Source: an uncultured Pseudomonadota bacterium
GTDB taxonomy: Bacteria > Myxococcota_A > Polyangia > Fen-1088
Reading direction: 5' to 3'
DNA length: 64,000 bases
Assembly (NCBI GenBank): GCA_963847705.1
Contig: CAWKBC010000029.1
Span: 192,001 to 256,000, forward strand
In this document: positions 41,871-52,302 of the stretch, piece after piece
Layout of the letters: the number at the start of each line of letters is the position of its first letter
How positions within the stretch are numbered: position 1 is the stretch's first letter
Notes under the pieces: generated by a model
Database searches by the model: none
Told to the model about the DNA's origin: nothing
Seen by the model: only the letters and a program-made list of their open reading frames with translations
Position numbers and translations under genes: made by a program

Positions 41871-42035
41871 GGGCATTCTCCTTGATTGCGGCAAACCGGA
41901 CAGTCGGCTAATTACCGACATGTAGGTACATGGAATACCTACCCGTACACGACGTCAAATTTTCGCGCCAAATTTGCGGGCTTGGCCGATACGCCCCAGC
42001 GTGTTTATCTACGGGGGCGCCTGGATCGCATCATC

Positions 42036-42905
42036 ATGGGAAGGGTCATTGCGGTTGCGAACCAGAAGGGGGGCGTGGGGAAGACCACGACGGCAGTGAA
42101 CCTGGCGGCCTCCCTGGCGGCGGCCGAAAAGCGGGTGCTCCTGGTCGACGTCGACCCCCAGGGGAACGCCAGCTCCGGGCTCGGATACTCCCGCGACGAG
42201 GTGGGCAACCTTGGATTGCCGACCGGGGCGAGCGTCTACGACCTCCTGATCGGCCAGCCGCGCCTGGACGACGTGATCCGGAAGACCGACCTCGGGCACC
42301 TGGATCTCATTCCGGCCAACGGTGACCTGGCCGGTGCCGAGATCGAGCTGGTCCCGATGGCCGAACGCGAGCGACAGCTGCGCGGTCCGCTGCGCGCGGC
42401 GGCCGAACGCTATGACTATGTCCTCATCGACACGCCGCCGTCGCTGGGCCTGCTGACGTTGAACGCGCTCTGCGCCGCCGACAGCGTGCTGGTGCCGCTG
42501 CAGTGCGAGTACTACGCGCTCGAGGGGCTGTCGGCGCTGCAGCGGACCATCCGCCTGGTCGCCGACAACCTGAACCCGGGGCTCGACATCGAGGGGATCG
42601 TCCTCTGCATGGTCGACTCGCGGCAGAACCTGACCGAGCAGGTGGCCAACGAGGTCCGCACCCACTTCGAGGGGAAGGTCTTCACCACCACGATCCCCCG
42701 CAACGTCCGCCTCTCCGAGGCGCCCTCGTTCGGCAAGCCGATCCTGCTCTACGACATCGCCTCGAAGGGGGCGAAGAGCTACCTCGATCTGGCGCGCGAG
42801 CTGCTGGCGCGGCACGCCAGTGCCCGGCACCCCGGAGGGACCTCGACGGACGGCAAGCCCGGCGACGGCAAACCGACGGCGCTGGCGACGGCGGCCTCCC
42901 GATGA
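42036..42905 (+). CDS. parA: Chromosome partitioning ATPase ParA/Soj
   Basis: ANQKGGVGKTT, DPQGNA, DTPPSLG, QCEYYALEG, IPRNVRLSEAPSFG. Confidence 0.96.
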   Translation: MGRVIAVANQKGGVGKTTTAVNLAASLAAAEKRVLLVDVDPQGNASSGLGYSRDEVGNLGLPTGASVYDLLIGQPRLDDVIRKTDLGHLDLIPANGDLAGAEIELVPMAERERQLRGPLRAAAERYDYVLIDTPPSLGLLTLNALCAADSVLVPLQCEYYALEGLSALQRTIRLVADNLNPGLDIEGIVLCMVDSRQNLTEQVANEVRTHFEGKVFTTTIPRNVRLSEAPSFGKPILLYDIASKGAKSYLDLARELLARHASARHPGGTSTDGKPGDGKPTALATAASR

Positions 42906-43819
42906 GCGCCCCCAAGCGCAACGCTCTCGGACGCGGGCTGGCCGCGCTCATCCCGGGCGCACCGGGGCCGAGCGCCGCCTTGCCGACGACCGGGCTGGCC
43001 AGCCGCCGCCCGTCGGACGGCACCCGAACGATCGCCGTCGAGGAGATCCACCCCTCGCCCGGCCAGCCGCGGACGCGGTTCGACGACGCCCGACTCGACG
43101 AGCTGGCGGCGTCGATCAAGACGCAGGGGATCATCCAGCCGCTCATCGTCCGCACCCGTGCCGACGGCGGTTACGAGCTGATCGCGGGCGAGCGGCGCTG
43201 GCGGGCGGCGCAACGGGCGGGCCTCCACGAGCTCCCGGCCGTGGTGCGCGACGTCGCGCCGACGCAGGCGTTCGAGATGGCCATGGTCGAGAACCTCCAG
43301 CGGGAGGATCTCAACCCGCTGGAAGAGGCGGCCGGTTATCAGCGCCTCATCGAGGAGTTCGGCTACACGCAGGAGCAGCTCTCCGAGCGGGTCGGCAAGG
43401 ATCGCAGCACGGTGGCCAACGCGCTCCGGCTGCTCCGCCTGCCCGACAGCGTCCGGGGGTTGCTCGCCGAAGGGCGGCTCTCGATGGGGCACGCGCGGGC
43501 GCTCCTGGGGCTGGAAGCGGCGGCCGCGATGGAGAAGCTGGCCCGCAAGATCGTGGCCGGCGAGCTCTCGGTCCGGCGGGTGGAGGAGCTGGTCCGGCGC
43601 GCGCGCGACGGCAAGAGCCCGGAGCCGACCGCGCCTGCCCCGAGCCCCCCCTCGACCAGCGCGCGCGATCTGGCGATGCGCCTCACCCGGGCGCTCGGCA
43701 CGCGGGTCGAGGTCCTCGAGGTCAGCAAGGAGCCGGGCAAGGAGCGCGGCCAGATCGCGATCCACTACCATTCGCTCGATCAGCTCGACGCGCTCCTCGC
43801 AAGGCTGATGCACTCGTGA
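42902..43819 (+). CDS. parB: Chromosome partitioning protein ParB/Spo0J
   Basis: LGRGLAALI, QPR, IAGERRWRAA, ENLQREDL, HTH GKDRSTVANALRLL. Confidence 0.96.
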   Translation: MSAPKRNALGRGLAALIPGAPGPSAALPTTGLASRRPSDGTRTIAVEEIHPSPGQPRTRFDDARLDELAASIKTQGIIQPLIVRTRADGGYELIAGERRWRAAQRAGLHELPAVVRDVAPTQAFEMAMVENLQREDLNPLEEAAGYQRLIEEFGYTQEQLSERVGKDRSTVANALRLLRLPDSVRGLLAEGRLSMGHARALLGLEAAAAMEKLARKIVAGELSVRRVEELVRRARDGKSPEPTAPAPSPPSTSARDLAMRLTRALGTRVEVLEVSKEPGKERGQIAIHYHSLDQLDALLARLMHS

Positions 43820-44490
43820 GCGGGACGGCGTCGCTGGAGCTGGTCTACCGCTCGGACGCCGCCCTCCTCGTCGCCTACGCCACCCACCTCGCCCGCGGCC
43901 AGCTGCTGCTCGACACGACCGAGCGGCTGCAGAGCGGCGCCAACGTTCAGCTGCGGCTGGTCGCACCCTCGACGTCGATCGCGCTCCAGGGCGTGGTCGC
44001 CCGCCCGAACGGCGCGAGCGCGGCGCACCCCACCGAGGCGGGCCTGACCGTCACCTCGCGCGCCGAGACCTTCGGCGACGCCGTCGACAAGCTGGCCTTC
44101 GGCTTCAAGGGGCTGAAGGCGCTGGTGGCCGCCTCGCAGGCCGCGCCGCGGGCGCTGCTCATTCGTTACCTGCGCTCCATCGTCACCTGCGAGGTGATCG
44201 AGATTGACCAGCGGCGGCTGGCCGAGCCGGGGGCGATCTGCAACGTCGATCTCGGCGTCGTCGACCTCGATTCGACCGGCGCCGCCGGGTACGAGCTCTA
44301 CGCGCGCCTCCGCGAGCACCCGGAGGCCGGCTCGGCCCCGGTGCTGGCGGTCGCGCAGCTGGAACGCGACCGGGTCCGCGCCGCGTCGCTCGGGTTCGAC
44401 GAGGCGCTCTCCAACCCCCCGGCGTTCGCTGATTTGCAGAGCTCGGTGTTGCGCGCGCTCGGAAAGCCACTCACAGTTCGAGCGGTCTAG
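43816..44490 (+). CDS. PilZ-like plus degenerate receiver-domain protein
   Basis: GTGA overlap with parB; N-terminal beta-rich region; C-terminal VVDLD..GYEL..LREHPE...PVLAV..GFDEAL. Confidence 0.55.
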   Translation: MSGTASLELVYRSDAALLVAYATHLARGQLLLDTTERLQSGANVQLRLVAPSTSIALQGVVARPNGASAAHPTEAGLTVTSRAETFGDAVDKLAFGFKGLKALVAASQAAPRALLIRYLRSIVTCEVIEIDQRRLAEPGAICNVDLGVVDLDSTGAAGYELYARLREHPEAGSAPVLAVAQLERDRVRAASLGFDEALSNPPAFADLQSSVLRALGKPLTVRAV

Positions 44491-44507
44491 CCACGCCGGG
44501 TGCCGCG

Positions 44508-45287
44508 ATGCCGCGCCAAATACGCCTCCTTCCGCTCGTCTTTGTCCTGGCCCCACTCTGGGCCGCGGCCCTCCTGAGGCCGGCGACCGCGCTCGCCGCG
44601 CCCCCCGCCCTCTCCGAGACGCTGGCGCGCTTGGATGCGCTGCACGCCCGCCGCGACCAGCCGGCAGCGCTGGCCGAGGAGCGCCGGCTGGCCGACGCCG
44701 CCCTGGCGCAGGCGCCCGCGGACTACGGCGCGCTCTGGCGCGCGGCGCGCACGCTCTTCGACGAGAGCGACGCGCCCCAGCTGTCCGACGACGGGCGCTC
44801 GCGGCTCGGACAGCAGGCCTACGATCTCGCCCAGCGCGCCATCGCCCTCAATCCCAACGATGCCGCCGCGCAATACTGGGCCGCGCTCAGCATCGGGCGC
44901 TACGCCGAGAAGATGGGCGCCCTGAGCGCCCTCGCCAAGGGGATCGAGGGGAAGTTCAAGCGTCCCCTCGAGCGCGCGACGGCCCTGGACGTCAGCTACG
45001 ACAACGGAAGCATCCCCGTGGTCTGGGCCGCCTACTATCTCGAGCTGCCCTGGCCCAAGCGCGATCGCGACAAGGCGGGCAAGGAGCTGCAGCGTGCGCT
45101 GGCGATCAATCCGGCAAACCTGCGCGCGCGGCTGTACCAGGCGCGCATCGCCATCGATGAGGATCACCCCGACGTCGCCCGGGCTCTCCTGGCTGAGATC
45201 GCCGCCGCGCCCGTGGGCCGCTACGACGCCCCCGAGGAGCGCGCCGTGAAGAAGGAAGCGCTGGCGATGGCCGCCAAGCTGCACTGA
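44508..45287 (+). CDS. Secreted TPR-like protein (TatT-like)
   Basis: Signal peptide; ALWRAAR, AIALNPNDAAAQYW, YYLELPWP..D, ALAINP. Confidence 0.7.
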   Translation: MPRQIRLLPLVFVLAPLWAAALLRPATALAAPPALSETLARLDALHARRDQPAALAEERRLADAALAQAPADYGALWRAARTLFDESDAPQLSDDGRSRLGQQAYDLAQRAIALNPNDAAAQYWAALSIGRYAEKMGALSALAKGIEGKFKRPLERATALDVSYDNGSIPVVWAAYYLELPWPKRDRDKAGKELQRALAINPANLRARLYQARIAIDEDHPDVARALLAEIAAAPVGRYDAPEERAVKKEALAMAAKLH

Positions 45288-45324
45288 CCGACGCCCGTCG
45301 AGCGACGCTGTCGGCCGGGCGACG

Positions 45325-46185
45325 CTAACGCGAGGCGCGCCGCTTGGCGGAGGTGACCGTGTTCACCAGCAGCATCGCGATCGTCATCGGGCCGACGCCG
45401 CCCGGGACCGGCGTGATGGCAGAGGCCCGCGCGGCCGCCGGGGCGAACTCGACGTCGCCCAGCAGCTTGCCGTCCTCGCGCCGGTTGATGCCGACGTCGA
45501 TCACCACCGCGCCCGGCTTGATCCACTCGCCCCGGATCATCTCGGGGCGCCCCACCGCCGCCACCACCAGATCGGCCCGCCCGACGACCGCGGCCAGATC
45601 GCGGGTCTTCGAGTGGCAGACGGTCACCGTGGCGTCGGCGTTGGTGAGGAGCGCGGCCATCGGCTTGCCGACCATGCTCGACCGCCCGACCACCACGGCG
45701 TTCACGCCGGCCAAGGAAAGGCCGAGACCACTCTCCTCGATGAGCTTCATGACCCCGAACGGCGTGCAGGCCACGAAGCGCGGCTCACCCATCACCAGGT
45801 GGCCGAGGTTATCCGGGTGGATGCCGTCGACGTCCTTGCGCGGATCGACCGCGGGGAGGATCTCGCGCGCGTCGAGCCCACGCGGCAGCGGCAGCTGAAT
45901 CAGGATCCCGTCGATGGCGGGATCGGCGTTCAGCTTGGCGACCAGCGCCAGCAGCTCGGCCTGCGAGGTGGTGGCCGGCAAGCGGTGATCGAAGGTGCGG
46001 ATCCCGGCCTGCGCGCAGGAAGCGGTCTTGTTGCGGACGTAGATCTGCGATGCGGGATCTTCGCCGACCAACACCACCGCCAGTCCCGGTTCGACACCGC
46101 GGGCGCGAAGCTCGTCGACCTCCTTCGCCAGCTTCTCTTTGATCCGCGCGGCAAGGGCTTTCCCGTCCAGAATCTTGGCCGACAT
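45325..46185 (-). CDS. folD: Methylenetetrahydrofolate dehydrogenase/cyclohydrolase
   Basis: [44 protein letters not shown]. Confidence 0.97.
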   Translation of the reverse strand: MSAKILDGKALAARIKEKLAKEVDELRARGVEPGLAVVLVGEDPASQIYVRNKTASCAQAGIRTFDHRLPATTSQAELLALVAKLNADPAIDGILIQLPLPRGLDAREILPAVDPRKDVDGIHPDNLGHLVMGEPRFVACTPFGVMKLIEESGLGLSLAGVNAVVVGRSSMVGKPMAALLTNADATVTVCHSKTRDLAAVVGRADLVVAAVGRPEMIRGEWIKPGAVVIDVGINRREDGKLLGDVEFAPAAARASAITPVPGGVGPMTIAMLLVNTVTSAKRRASR

Positions 46186-46276
46186 CGCCGGTCGTATAGC
46201 ATGGCCCGAGGCCGGGACGGGCGTCGGTCGGAAGAGCGCGCAACCGCGGCCTGCTTTCGCGCGAAGACGTCCCTGC

Positions 46277-47764
46277 ATGGACGCTCCTTCATCTTCTCGC
46301 CATTGCCGCCGTTGTTTGGCCGCGGCAACCTTGGCCGCCGCAACGCTCGCCCCCTTCACCCCGAAGCGGGCCGCGGCGTTCGAGGCCCCGCAGGTGACGA
46401 CGGGCCATCCGCTCGAGCGGGTCGTCGCCGGCGCCCATCGCCTGTTCGCGCTCGGTGGCGCCGAGGTGCGAACGTTCGACGGCGAAGGGGAGATGCTCGG
46501 ACGCTGCGCGGGGTTCGCGTCGCCCCCCCAGAAGGAGAGCCGCCGCGCGCCCCTCGGCGGGTTGGACGCCGACGAAGCGCTGCGGGCTGCCGGTCTGCCG
46601 GACGACGACAGCACGCCCGAGGCCGAGGACGCGCTGGAGGACGAGGGGCTCGGACCGAAGCGCCGGACGCGCGCCCAGGACGAGGGCGGGATCCTGCCGC
46701 ACGCGCTGGCGACCAGTGAGACGTCCGACGTCGTCTGGATCGCCACGTCGTCCGGCGTCTTTCGCGGGGATGAGAACGGATGCCAACCGGCCGGGCTCGA
46801 CGGCCGAGACCTGCTGCTGGTCGCCGGGGCGGACGGCGCGGTGGTGGCGGCCACCGACGATCTTCTCTTCATGCGTCTGTCCGAGACCGACCAGGTCGCC
46901 AGCGACGGCGATCGCGGCAACGACGAGGCGACCTTCACCGTCATCGCCGGGCTGACCGAGCGGCCGCGTGCGCTGGCGCTCGGCGCCGACGGGGCGGCCA
47001 TCGTGGCTGACGACGACGGCGTCCTGGTGCTCGCAAGCGACGGAACGGCAGCGCGGATCCTCGATCGCCCGACCGATGCGGTGGCGGTCTGCGGCGGCGC
47101 TGCGGTCGCGCTCGCCGACGATGGCGTCTATCGCTGGACGCCGGGCGCCCTCCCCGTTCGGACCTCGGACCGGCCGCCGGTCCGGGGGATCGCCTGCGGT
47201 CCCCCGGGGGAGGCGCGCTGGATCGCGACCGGCCTCGGCGTCTGGACCTCGCCCGACGGAGCAACCTGGACGGAGCGGGCCGAAGCGCTGGGGCGAAGGG
47301 TCGCGGCGGCCGCGACCGTGGGCGAGCGCGTGTGGCTGGCGATCGACAGCGAGCTGGTGGCGTTCGACCCGACCGACGAGGAGCACGGCCTCGACCCCCG
47401 GTCGGCAGGGCGGGCGGTGGTGCCGGCCGAGGCCGCGGCTCGGTTTGTACCGATCCCGACCCGCCACCTCGTGGCCCCGACCCTCCCCTGGCCCGAGGTC
47501 ACCGCCCTCTTCGGGGCCGCGCGCACGCCCGATCGCCGCAGCTGGCAGGTGATGATGCTGTTGACGTTTCCGCTCGGCCGCGCTGCCGGACGGCACATCA
47601 ATCCGACGGCGGTGGCCGCCGAGAGCGCGCGCCGAGACGAAGCGCTCGCACACCAACAGGTCGACCTCGCCACCGAGGCCGGCACCGACGATGAGGAGGT
47701 CGATGAGGGCGAGCGCCAGGCCCGCCTCGAGTCCGTCCGTCAGGAAAGAGAGGCCCTGCGATGA
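46277..47764 (+). CDS. Secreted beta-propeller-like hypothetical protein
   Basis: Signal-like N-terminus; repeated WIATSSGVF / ALADDGVY / [17 protein letters not shown] blades; helical C-terminus. Confidence 0.6.
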   Translation: MDAPSSSRHCRRCLAAATLAAATLAPFTPKRAAAFEAPQVTTGHPLERVVAGAHRLFALGGAEVRTFDGEGEMLGRCAGFASPPQKESRRAPLGGLDADEALRAAGLPDDDSTPEAEDALEDEGLGPKRRTRAQDEGGILPHALATSETSDVVWIATSSGVFRGDENGCQPAGLDGRDLLLVAGADGAVVAATDDLLFMRLSETDQVASDGDRGNDEATFTVIAGLTERPRALALGADGAAIVADDDGVLVLASDGTAARILDRPTDAVAVCGGAAVALADDGVYRWTPGALPVRTSDRPPVRGIACGPPGEARWIATGLGVWTSPDGATWTERAEALGRRVAAAATVGERVWLAIDSELVAFDPTDEEHGLDPRSAGRAVVPAEAAARFVPIPTRHLVAPTLPWPEVTALFGAARTPDRRSWQVMMLLTFPLGRAAGRHINPTAVAAESARRDEALAHQQVDLATEAGTDDEEVDEGERQARLESVRQEREALR

Positions 47765-48543
47765 CGCCCTTGCTGGGTGCGAGCTTTCTCGCGCTCTTGC
47801 TCGCCCAAGCTGTCCCCGCCCCCGACAGCCGCGCCCGGGACGCCGCCGAGGCCCCGCACCCCCGGCCGCTCCCCCTGCCCCTCCCGCCAATCGCAGAGAC
47901 GCGCCTTCCATTCGAGGAGCCGCCGCGGCGCCCGGAAGAGCCGCCGCGACGCCCCCGAAAGTCGCGCCCCTTCGATCCCGCAGTCTTGCGGGCGCTGGCC
48001 GCCGAGGATCCGCCCATCGAGGCGCTGCGCGCCGCCGCCACGGCGCTCGTGCTGGCCGAGCCGGGGCGCGCCCGGTCGCTGGTCGAGCGCGCCCGCTTCG
48101 CCGGTTGGCTCCCCGAGCTGCGGATCATGGTCGACCGCCGGTTTGCCAGGACGGAGTCGGTCGACCTGGGCACCACGAGCGACGGAGCGGCGCTGGCACC
48201 GGTCGGCATCGACAGCAACAACGACGTGCGTTACCAGGCCCGCGCGACCTGGGACCTGAGCAAGCTCATCTTCAACTCCGACGAGATCGGCGCTCAGTTC
48301 CAGGCCCTGCGGACCGCCGACACGCGCCGGGAGATCGAGTCGCTGGTCATCCGTCTCTACTTCGAGCGCCGGCGCCTCAAGGCCGAGTCAACCACAGCCG
48401 ATGACCTGGACATGCTTCCAGGTTCGAGGCGGGAGCTGCGCATCGCCGAGATCGAGGCCGAGCTCGACGCCTTGACCGGCGGCGTGTTCACCCGTCTTGC
48501 GCACCACCGCCCGATCGAGGGAGAGTCCCGGCCGGAGCCATGA
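47761..48543 (+). CDS. Secreted hypothetical protein, outer-membrane-efflux (half-TolC)-like
   Basis: Signal peptide; GWLPELRI..beta-hairpin..ATWDLSKL..VIRLYFERRRL..AELDALTGG pattern resembling one OEP repeat. Confidence 0.5.
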   Translation: MTPLLGASFLALLLAQAVPAPDSRARDAAEAPHPRPLPLPLPPIAETRLPFEEPPRRPEEPPRRPRKSRPFDPAVLRALAAEDPPIEALRAAATALVLAEPGRARSLVERARFAGWLPELRIMVDRRFARTESVDLGTTSDGAALAPVGIDSNNDVRYQARATWDLSKLIFNSDEIGAQFQALRTADTRREIESLVIRLYFERRRLKAESTTADDLDMLPGSRRELRIAEIEAELDALTGGVFTRLAHHRPIEGESRPEP

Positions 48544-48977
48544 CGGACGCCGCCCGCCCCTCCCGCCGTCAGCATCAACGCTACGACGTCGACGTGCAGG
48601 TCGCGGTCTCCGTGGCCAACGAAAAGCACGACGCGCGCACGCGGGACATGTCGCGGGCTGGGCTCTGCCTGGTGGCGACGCAACCGATCCCACGCGAGAC
48701 CGAGGTCTCGCTCGAGCTGGTGTTGACCTTCGGCGACGACGGCGTCTCCGAGCCGCTGCGGATCGAAGGACGGGTGGCCTGGTGCACCGCTCTTTTCGGG
48801 GCGTACCAGATCGGGGTCAAGTTCGTGAAGGTGGATGACGAGAGAGCCAGGTACCTGGACATGTTCGTCGGGTTCCTGGACGGAACGCTGGCGCCGGGCG
48901 GCCTGCTCGGCGAATCCGAGGAGATCGGTTATCCGCCGCCGCGCGCGATCGATCCCGACGATCCGTTCGCGTTCTAA
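48540..48977 (+). CDS. PilZ domain protein
   Basis: RRQHQR (RxxxR) and DMSRAG (DxSxxG). Confidence 0.88.
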   Translation: MTDAARPSRRQHQRYDVDVQVAVSVANEKHDARTRDMSRAGLCLVATQPIPRETEVSLELVLTFGDDGVSEPLRIEGRVAWCTALFGAYQIGVKFVKVDDERARYLDMFVGFLDGTLAPGGLLGESEEIGYPPPRAIDPDDPFAF

Positions 48978-48983
48978 AGATTC

Positions 48984-49355
48984 ATGCCACACGCACCACC
49001 AGCCCGAGCCCCGAGCCGCCGCCAACACCAACGCCTCGACCTTCGGATGTCGGCCGAGGTTCGCACCGCGCGGACCGTCTTCACCGCGACGACGCGCGAT
49101 CTCTCCGAAGGGGGAGCCGGCCTCAGCGCCGACCACCCGTTCGAGGAAGGGGAGGAGGTGGCGGTCGGCCTCTTCCTGGTCGTCGACGACGTCGAGAGCG
49201 ACACCCCACCGTTGTGGGTCAAGGCCCGCGTCGCCTGGAGCGCCGAGTCCGACGACAACCACTACAACGCCGGTGTCCGCTTCGAGGTCATCACCGACGA
49301 TCAGCGGGCCTGGCTCCGCCAGGTTTTGGCGGCCATCGGCCCGTCCGCCGTCTGA
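48984..49355 (+). CDS. PilZ domain protein
   Basis: RRQHQR and DLSEGG. Confidence 0.88.
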   Translation: MPHAPPARAPSRRQHQRLDLRMSAEVRTARTVFTATTRDLSEGGAGLSADHPFEEGEEVAVGLFLVVDDVESDTPPLWVKARVAWSAESDDNHYNAGVRFEVITDDQRAWLRQVLAAIGPSAV

Positions 49356-49383
49356 GCGCGCCCAGACACGGCGAGCCGCCGGA

Positions 49384-50931
49384 TCAACCGGCCAGAATTC
49401 GCTCGGCCACCCGCGCCCCGTCGAGCGCCGCGCTGACGATCCCGCCCGCGTACCCCGCCCCTTCTCCGCAGGGATAGAGGCCCTGGGCAGACGGTGAGAC
49501 GAGCGTCGCCGGATCGCGAAGGAACCGCACCGGGGCGCTGGTCCGCGTCTCGGCGGCGATGAGCAGCGCCTCGGGCAGCAGGAACGCCGGCAGCCGAGCG
49601 CCGATCTGGCGCAGCCCCGCGCGCAGCGCCTGCACGACGAAGGGGGGCAGGACGGCCCCGAGGTCGGCGGGGGTCAACCCCGGCCGATAGCTGGACGGGC
49701 CGAGCGTGTCGCTCACCCGACCGGCCAGAAAATCGCCCAGCCGCTGCGCCGGCGCGCGGAACCGCCCGCCCCCCGCCCGAAAGCTCGCGCGCTCGATCTC
49801 GCGCTGGAATTCGACGCCGGCCAGCGGGCCGCCACCAGCCGGACCGAAGTCGTCGGCCGCCACGGAGACGACCAGGCCGGAGTTGGCGAACGGCGAGTCG
49901 CGGCGCGACAGGCTCATGCCGTTGACCACCACCCCGTCGGGCTCGGTCGCCGCCGGCACAATCCAGCCGCCCGGGCACATGCAGAAGCTGTAGACGCCGC
50001 GCTCGGCGGCGCCGGCCGTCAGCTCGTAGAACGCGGGCGGCAGCTTGGGATGTCCGGCGGCGGCGCCGTACTGGATCTGATCGATGAGCGGCTGCGGGTG
50101 CTCGATCCGGACGCCCACGGCGATCGGCTTGCGTTCGAGCGCGAGGCCCGCATCGGCGGCCCAGCCATAGACCGCGCGCGCCGAGTGCCCCACCGCCAGC
50201 ACCACGACGTCGGCCGGGATCTCGCCGCCGTCGACACGCACCGCGCGGATTCGTCCCGCCTCGATGCGCAGACCGGTGGCCGCGGTCTCGAAGCGATGCG
50301 TGACCCCGAGACCGGCCAGATGCTCGCGCAACGCGCCCAGCACGCGGGGCAAGCGGTTCGAGCCGACGTGGGGGCGCGCCTCGGCCTCGATCTCGGCCGG
50401 CGCGCCGAAGCGGACCAGATCGGCGATCACCGCGGCGACGCCGGCGCGATCCTTGGCCCGCGCGTAGAGCTTGCCGTCAGAGTAAGTCCCCGCGCCCCCT
50501 TCGCCGAAGCAGTAGTTCGAACGCGGCACCAGCTCGCCGCGCGTGACCAGCGCCAGGTCGCGGCGGCGCGGCTGCACCGGCTTGCCCTGCTCGAGGATCG
50601 TCGCCGCGACGCCCGCCTCGGCCAGGCGCAGCGCCGCCCAGGTCCCGGCCGGTCCGGAGCCGACCACCACCACGCGCGGCGCCGGCCGTCCGGCCGGCCA
50701 GCGGCTCGGCGGCAGCGGCGGCGTGGGCGGGGCGAGCGTCTCCCCGCGCCGCGCCACCGCGATGCGCAGGCGTTCTCCCAGCGGTCGCCCCTTGCGCGCG
50801 TCGAGCGAGCGCCTCACCACCCGCAGCTCGCCGGCGCTCCCCGCGCTCCACCCGAGCGCGCGCTCGACCTGCGGCGCGAGCGGCTGATCGAGATCACCCA
50901 GCGGAACAAACAGATCGATCGTCTCGGCCAT
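49384..50931 (-). CDS. FAD-dependent oxidoreductase (uncharacterised dehydrogenase family)
   Basis: VVGSGPAG, FGEGGAGTYSDGKL, GVRIEHPQ, SFCMCPGG, ETRTSAP, GEGAGYAGGI. Confidence 0.92.
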   Translation of the reverse strand: MAETIDLFVPLGDLDQPLAPQVERALGWSAGSAGELRVVRRSLDARKGRPLGERLRIAVARRGETLAPPTPPLPPSRWPAGRPAPRVVVVGSGPAGTWAALRLAEAGVAATILEQGKPVQPRRRDLALVTRGELVPRSNYCFGEGGAGTYSDGKLYARAKDRAGVAAVIADLVRFGAPAEIEAEARPHVGSNRLPRVLGALREHLAGLGVTHRFETAATGLRIEAGRIRAVRVDGGEIPADVVVLAVGHSARAVYGWAADAGLALERKPIAVGVRIEHPQPLIDQIQYGAAAGHPKLPPAFYELTAGAAERGVYSFCMCPGGWIVPAATEPDGVVVNGMSLSRRDSPFANSGLVVSVAADDFGPAGGGPLAGVEFQREIERASFRAGGGRFRAPAQRLGDFLAGRVSDTLGPSSYRPGLTPADLGAVLPPFVVQALRAGLRQIGARLPAFLLPEALLIAAETRTSAPVRFLRDPATLVSPSAQGLYPCGEGAGYAGGIVSAALDGARVAERILAG

Positions 50932-50989
50932 CTTGCTGTCTATCGGGGGCTGTCTGGCGTTGCCGTCTGCCGTTCAATCTGGGGGAAGC

Positions 50990-52027
50990 CTAAGCCGCTT
51001 TCACGGAGAGCCCGACACGCCGGCGCGCCTCGAGGCAGTGCCGGCCGGCCGCCGCGAACTCGCGACAGGGGCTGGGCCGGTTCTCGTAGATGGTGCAAGC
51101 GTAGCGCGGCGTCGCGCCCGGTTCACCGACCTTCAGCGCCGCGCAACGCTCTCCCTCGCGGCGGATCTCGAAGCGGTGCCCCGCGCGCACGATGAGCGCG
51201 GGCTCCTTCCAGACGACCGGATCGCGCACCGAGACGGTGACGGAGTGATAGGCCTCGCGGCAGCAGGCCCCGCAGCGCTGGCAATCGACGGGCGGCTCCC
51301 AGCGCGCGCAGGCGCGGTGCCCCGGCTCGGTCCGCGCTCCGTCGCCCACCGTCGGCGCGGCTTGCCGACAGCGCGCCACCGGCGCGCCGCGCCCGCCGAC
51401 GTAAAGCCAGGCGCAACCGCCGCAGGTCTCGCTCGCCGCGCCCCAGGGGAAGCCCAGCGGATGACAGGCCCCGGCGAGGACCGCCGTGCGCGCGAGCGCC
51501 TCCTCGATCGGTGCGCGCCAGGTCGAAGCGTCGAACCGTTCGCGCGCCGCGCGCGCGATGGGCGTGGCCGGATCGCCGTCGGGCGCCAGCGGATCGGCGC
51601 CGAGCGCGTCGTAGTACGTTCTGTAATCGGTGGTGGGCGCCATCGCCGCCCGCAATCCGAAGCGCTCCGCCAGATGCGCGCCGAGGCGCAAACAGGCGTG
51701 CTCGCGCACCGCGTGCCCAGCGACGTTGTCGAGCCCCCAGTCCGGCGCCGCGACGGCGCCCTCTCCCTCGGTGATCGCGTGACAGAGCTCGTGAAAGACC
51801 AATTGCGCAAACGCGTCGTCGACGTCGAGCGTGTCGTCGGCGCCGATCGCGATCGTGCCCTGCCCGTCGCTGGTGGCATACGCCTCGCGCGTGCGAATGA
51901 TCGAAAATCCGAGCGCGCCGGCGACCGCCGACCAGATCGCGTCGATGGCAGGCGCGGCCAGCTTTGGCCCGTCCATCGCAGGCGCGGACGCCGAGCGCAG
52001 CGAAGACGGCGTGGGAGATCGGTACAT
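50990..52027 (-). CDS. HExxH-domain protein fused to a YkgJ-type cysteine-cluster domain
   Basis: LVFHELCH..DWG..REHAC; CGGC..C..C; CQRCGACC..C..CTIYENRPSPCREF. Confidence 0.75.
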   Translation of the reverse strand: MYRSPTPSSLRSASAPAMDGPKLAAPAIDAIWSAVAGALGFSIIRTREAYATSDGQGTIAIGADDTLDVDDAFAQLVFHELCHAITEGEGAVAAPDWGLDNVAGHAVREHACLRLGAHLAERFGLRAAMAPTTDYRTYYDALGADPLAPDGDPATPIARAARERFDASTWRAPIEEALARTAVLAGACHPLGFPWGAASETCGGCAWLYVGGRGAPVARCRQAAPTVGDGARTEPGHRACARWEPPVDCQRCGACCREAYHSVTVSVRDPVVWKEPALIVRAGHRFEIRREGERCAALKVGEPGATPRYACTIYENRPSPCREFAAAGRHCLEARRRVGLSVKAA

Positions 52028-52302
52028 GACCGTATTGTGAACTGCACCGCGCGGGCCCGCGAGCTGTACAACGCGAGAATTACTCGTGAGTCACAACTTC
52101 GGCGTCAATTTCGCGGCTACTATTTGTAATCTGCGTTTCGCTTTACGCCGCACGGCGACGACGATTTTTTTGATTCGCCTCTTGCCTTACCGATGGTCCG
52201 GATCAAACCTTTGCTCCCAACACGCGGGTAAGCCGCGACGGCCCCAGAACCCGGATCGTCGACCGAGAGTCGACACCGTTCTCAACGAAAGGGGGATTAG
52301 CC

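Noticed and set aside
52086-52302. Long N-terminus of the SLT ORF as given in the ORF track
   Set aside because: AT-richer promoter-like sequence; a better RBS and signal peptide begin at 52303 in another frame
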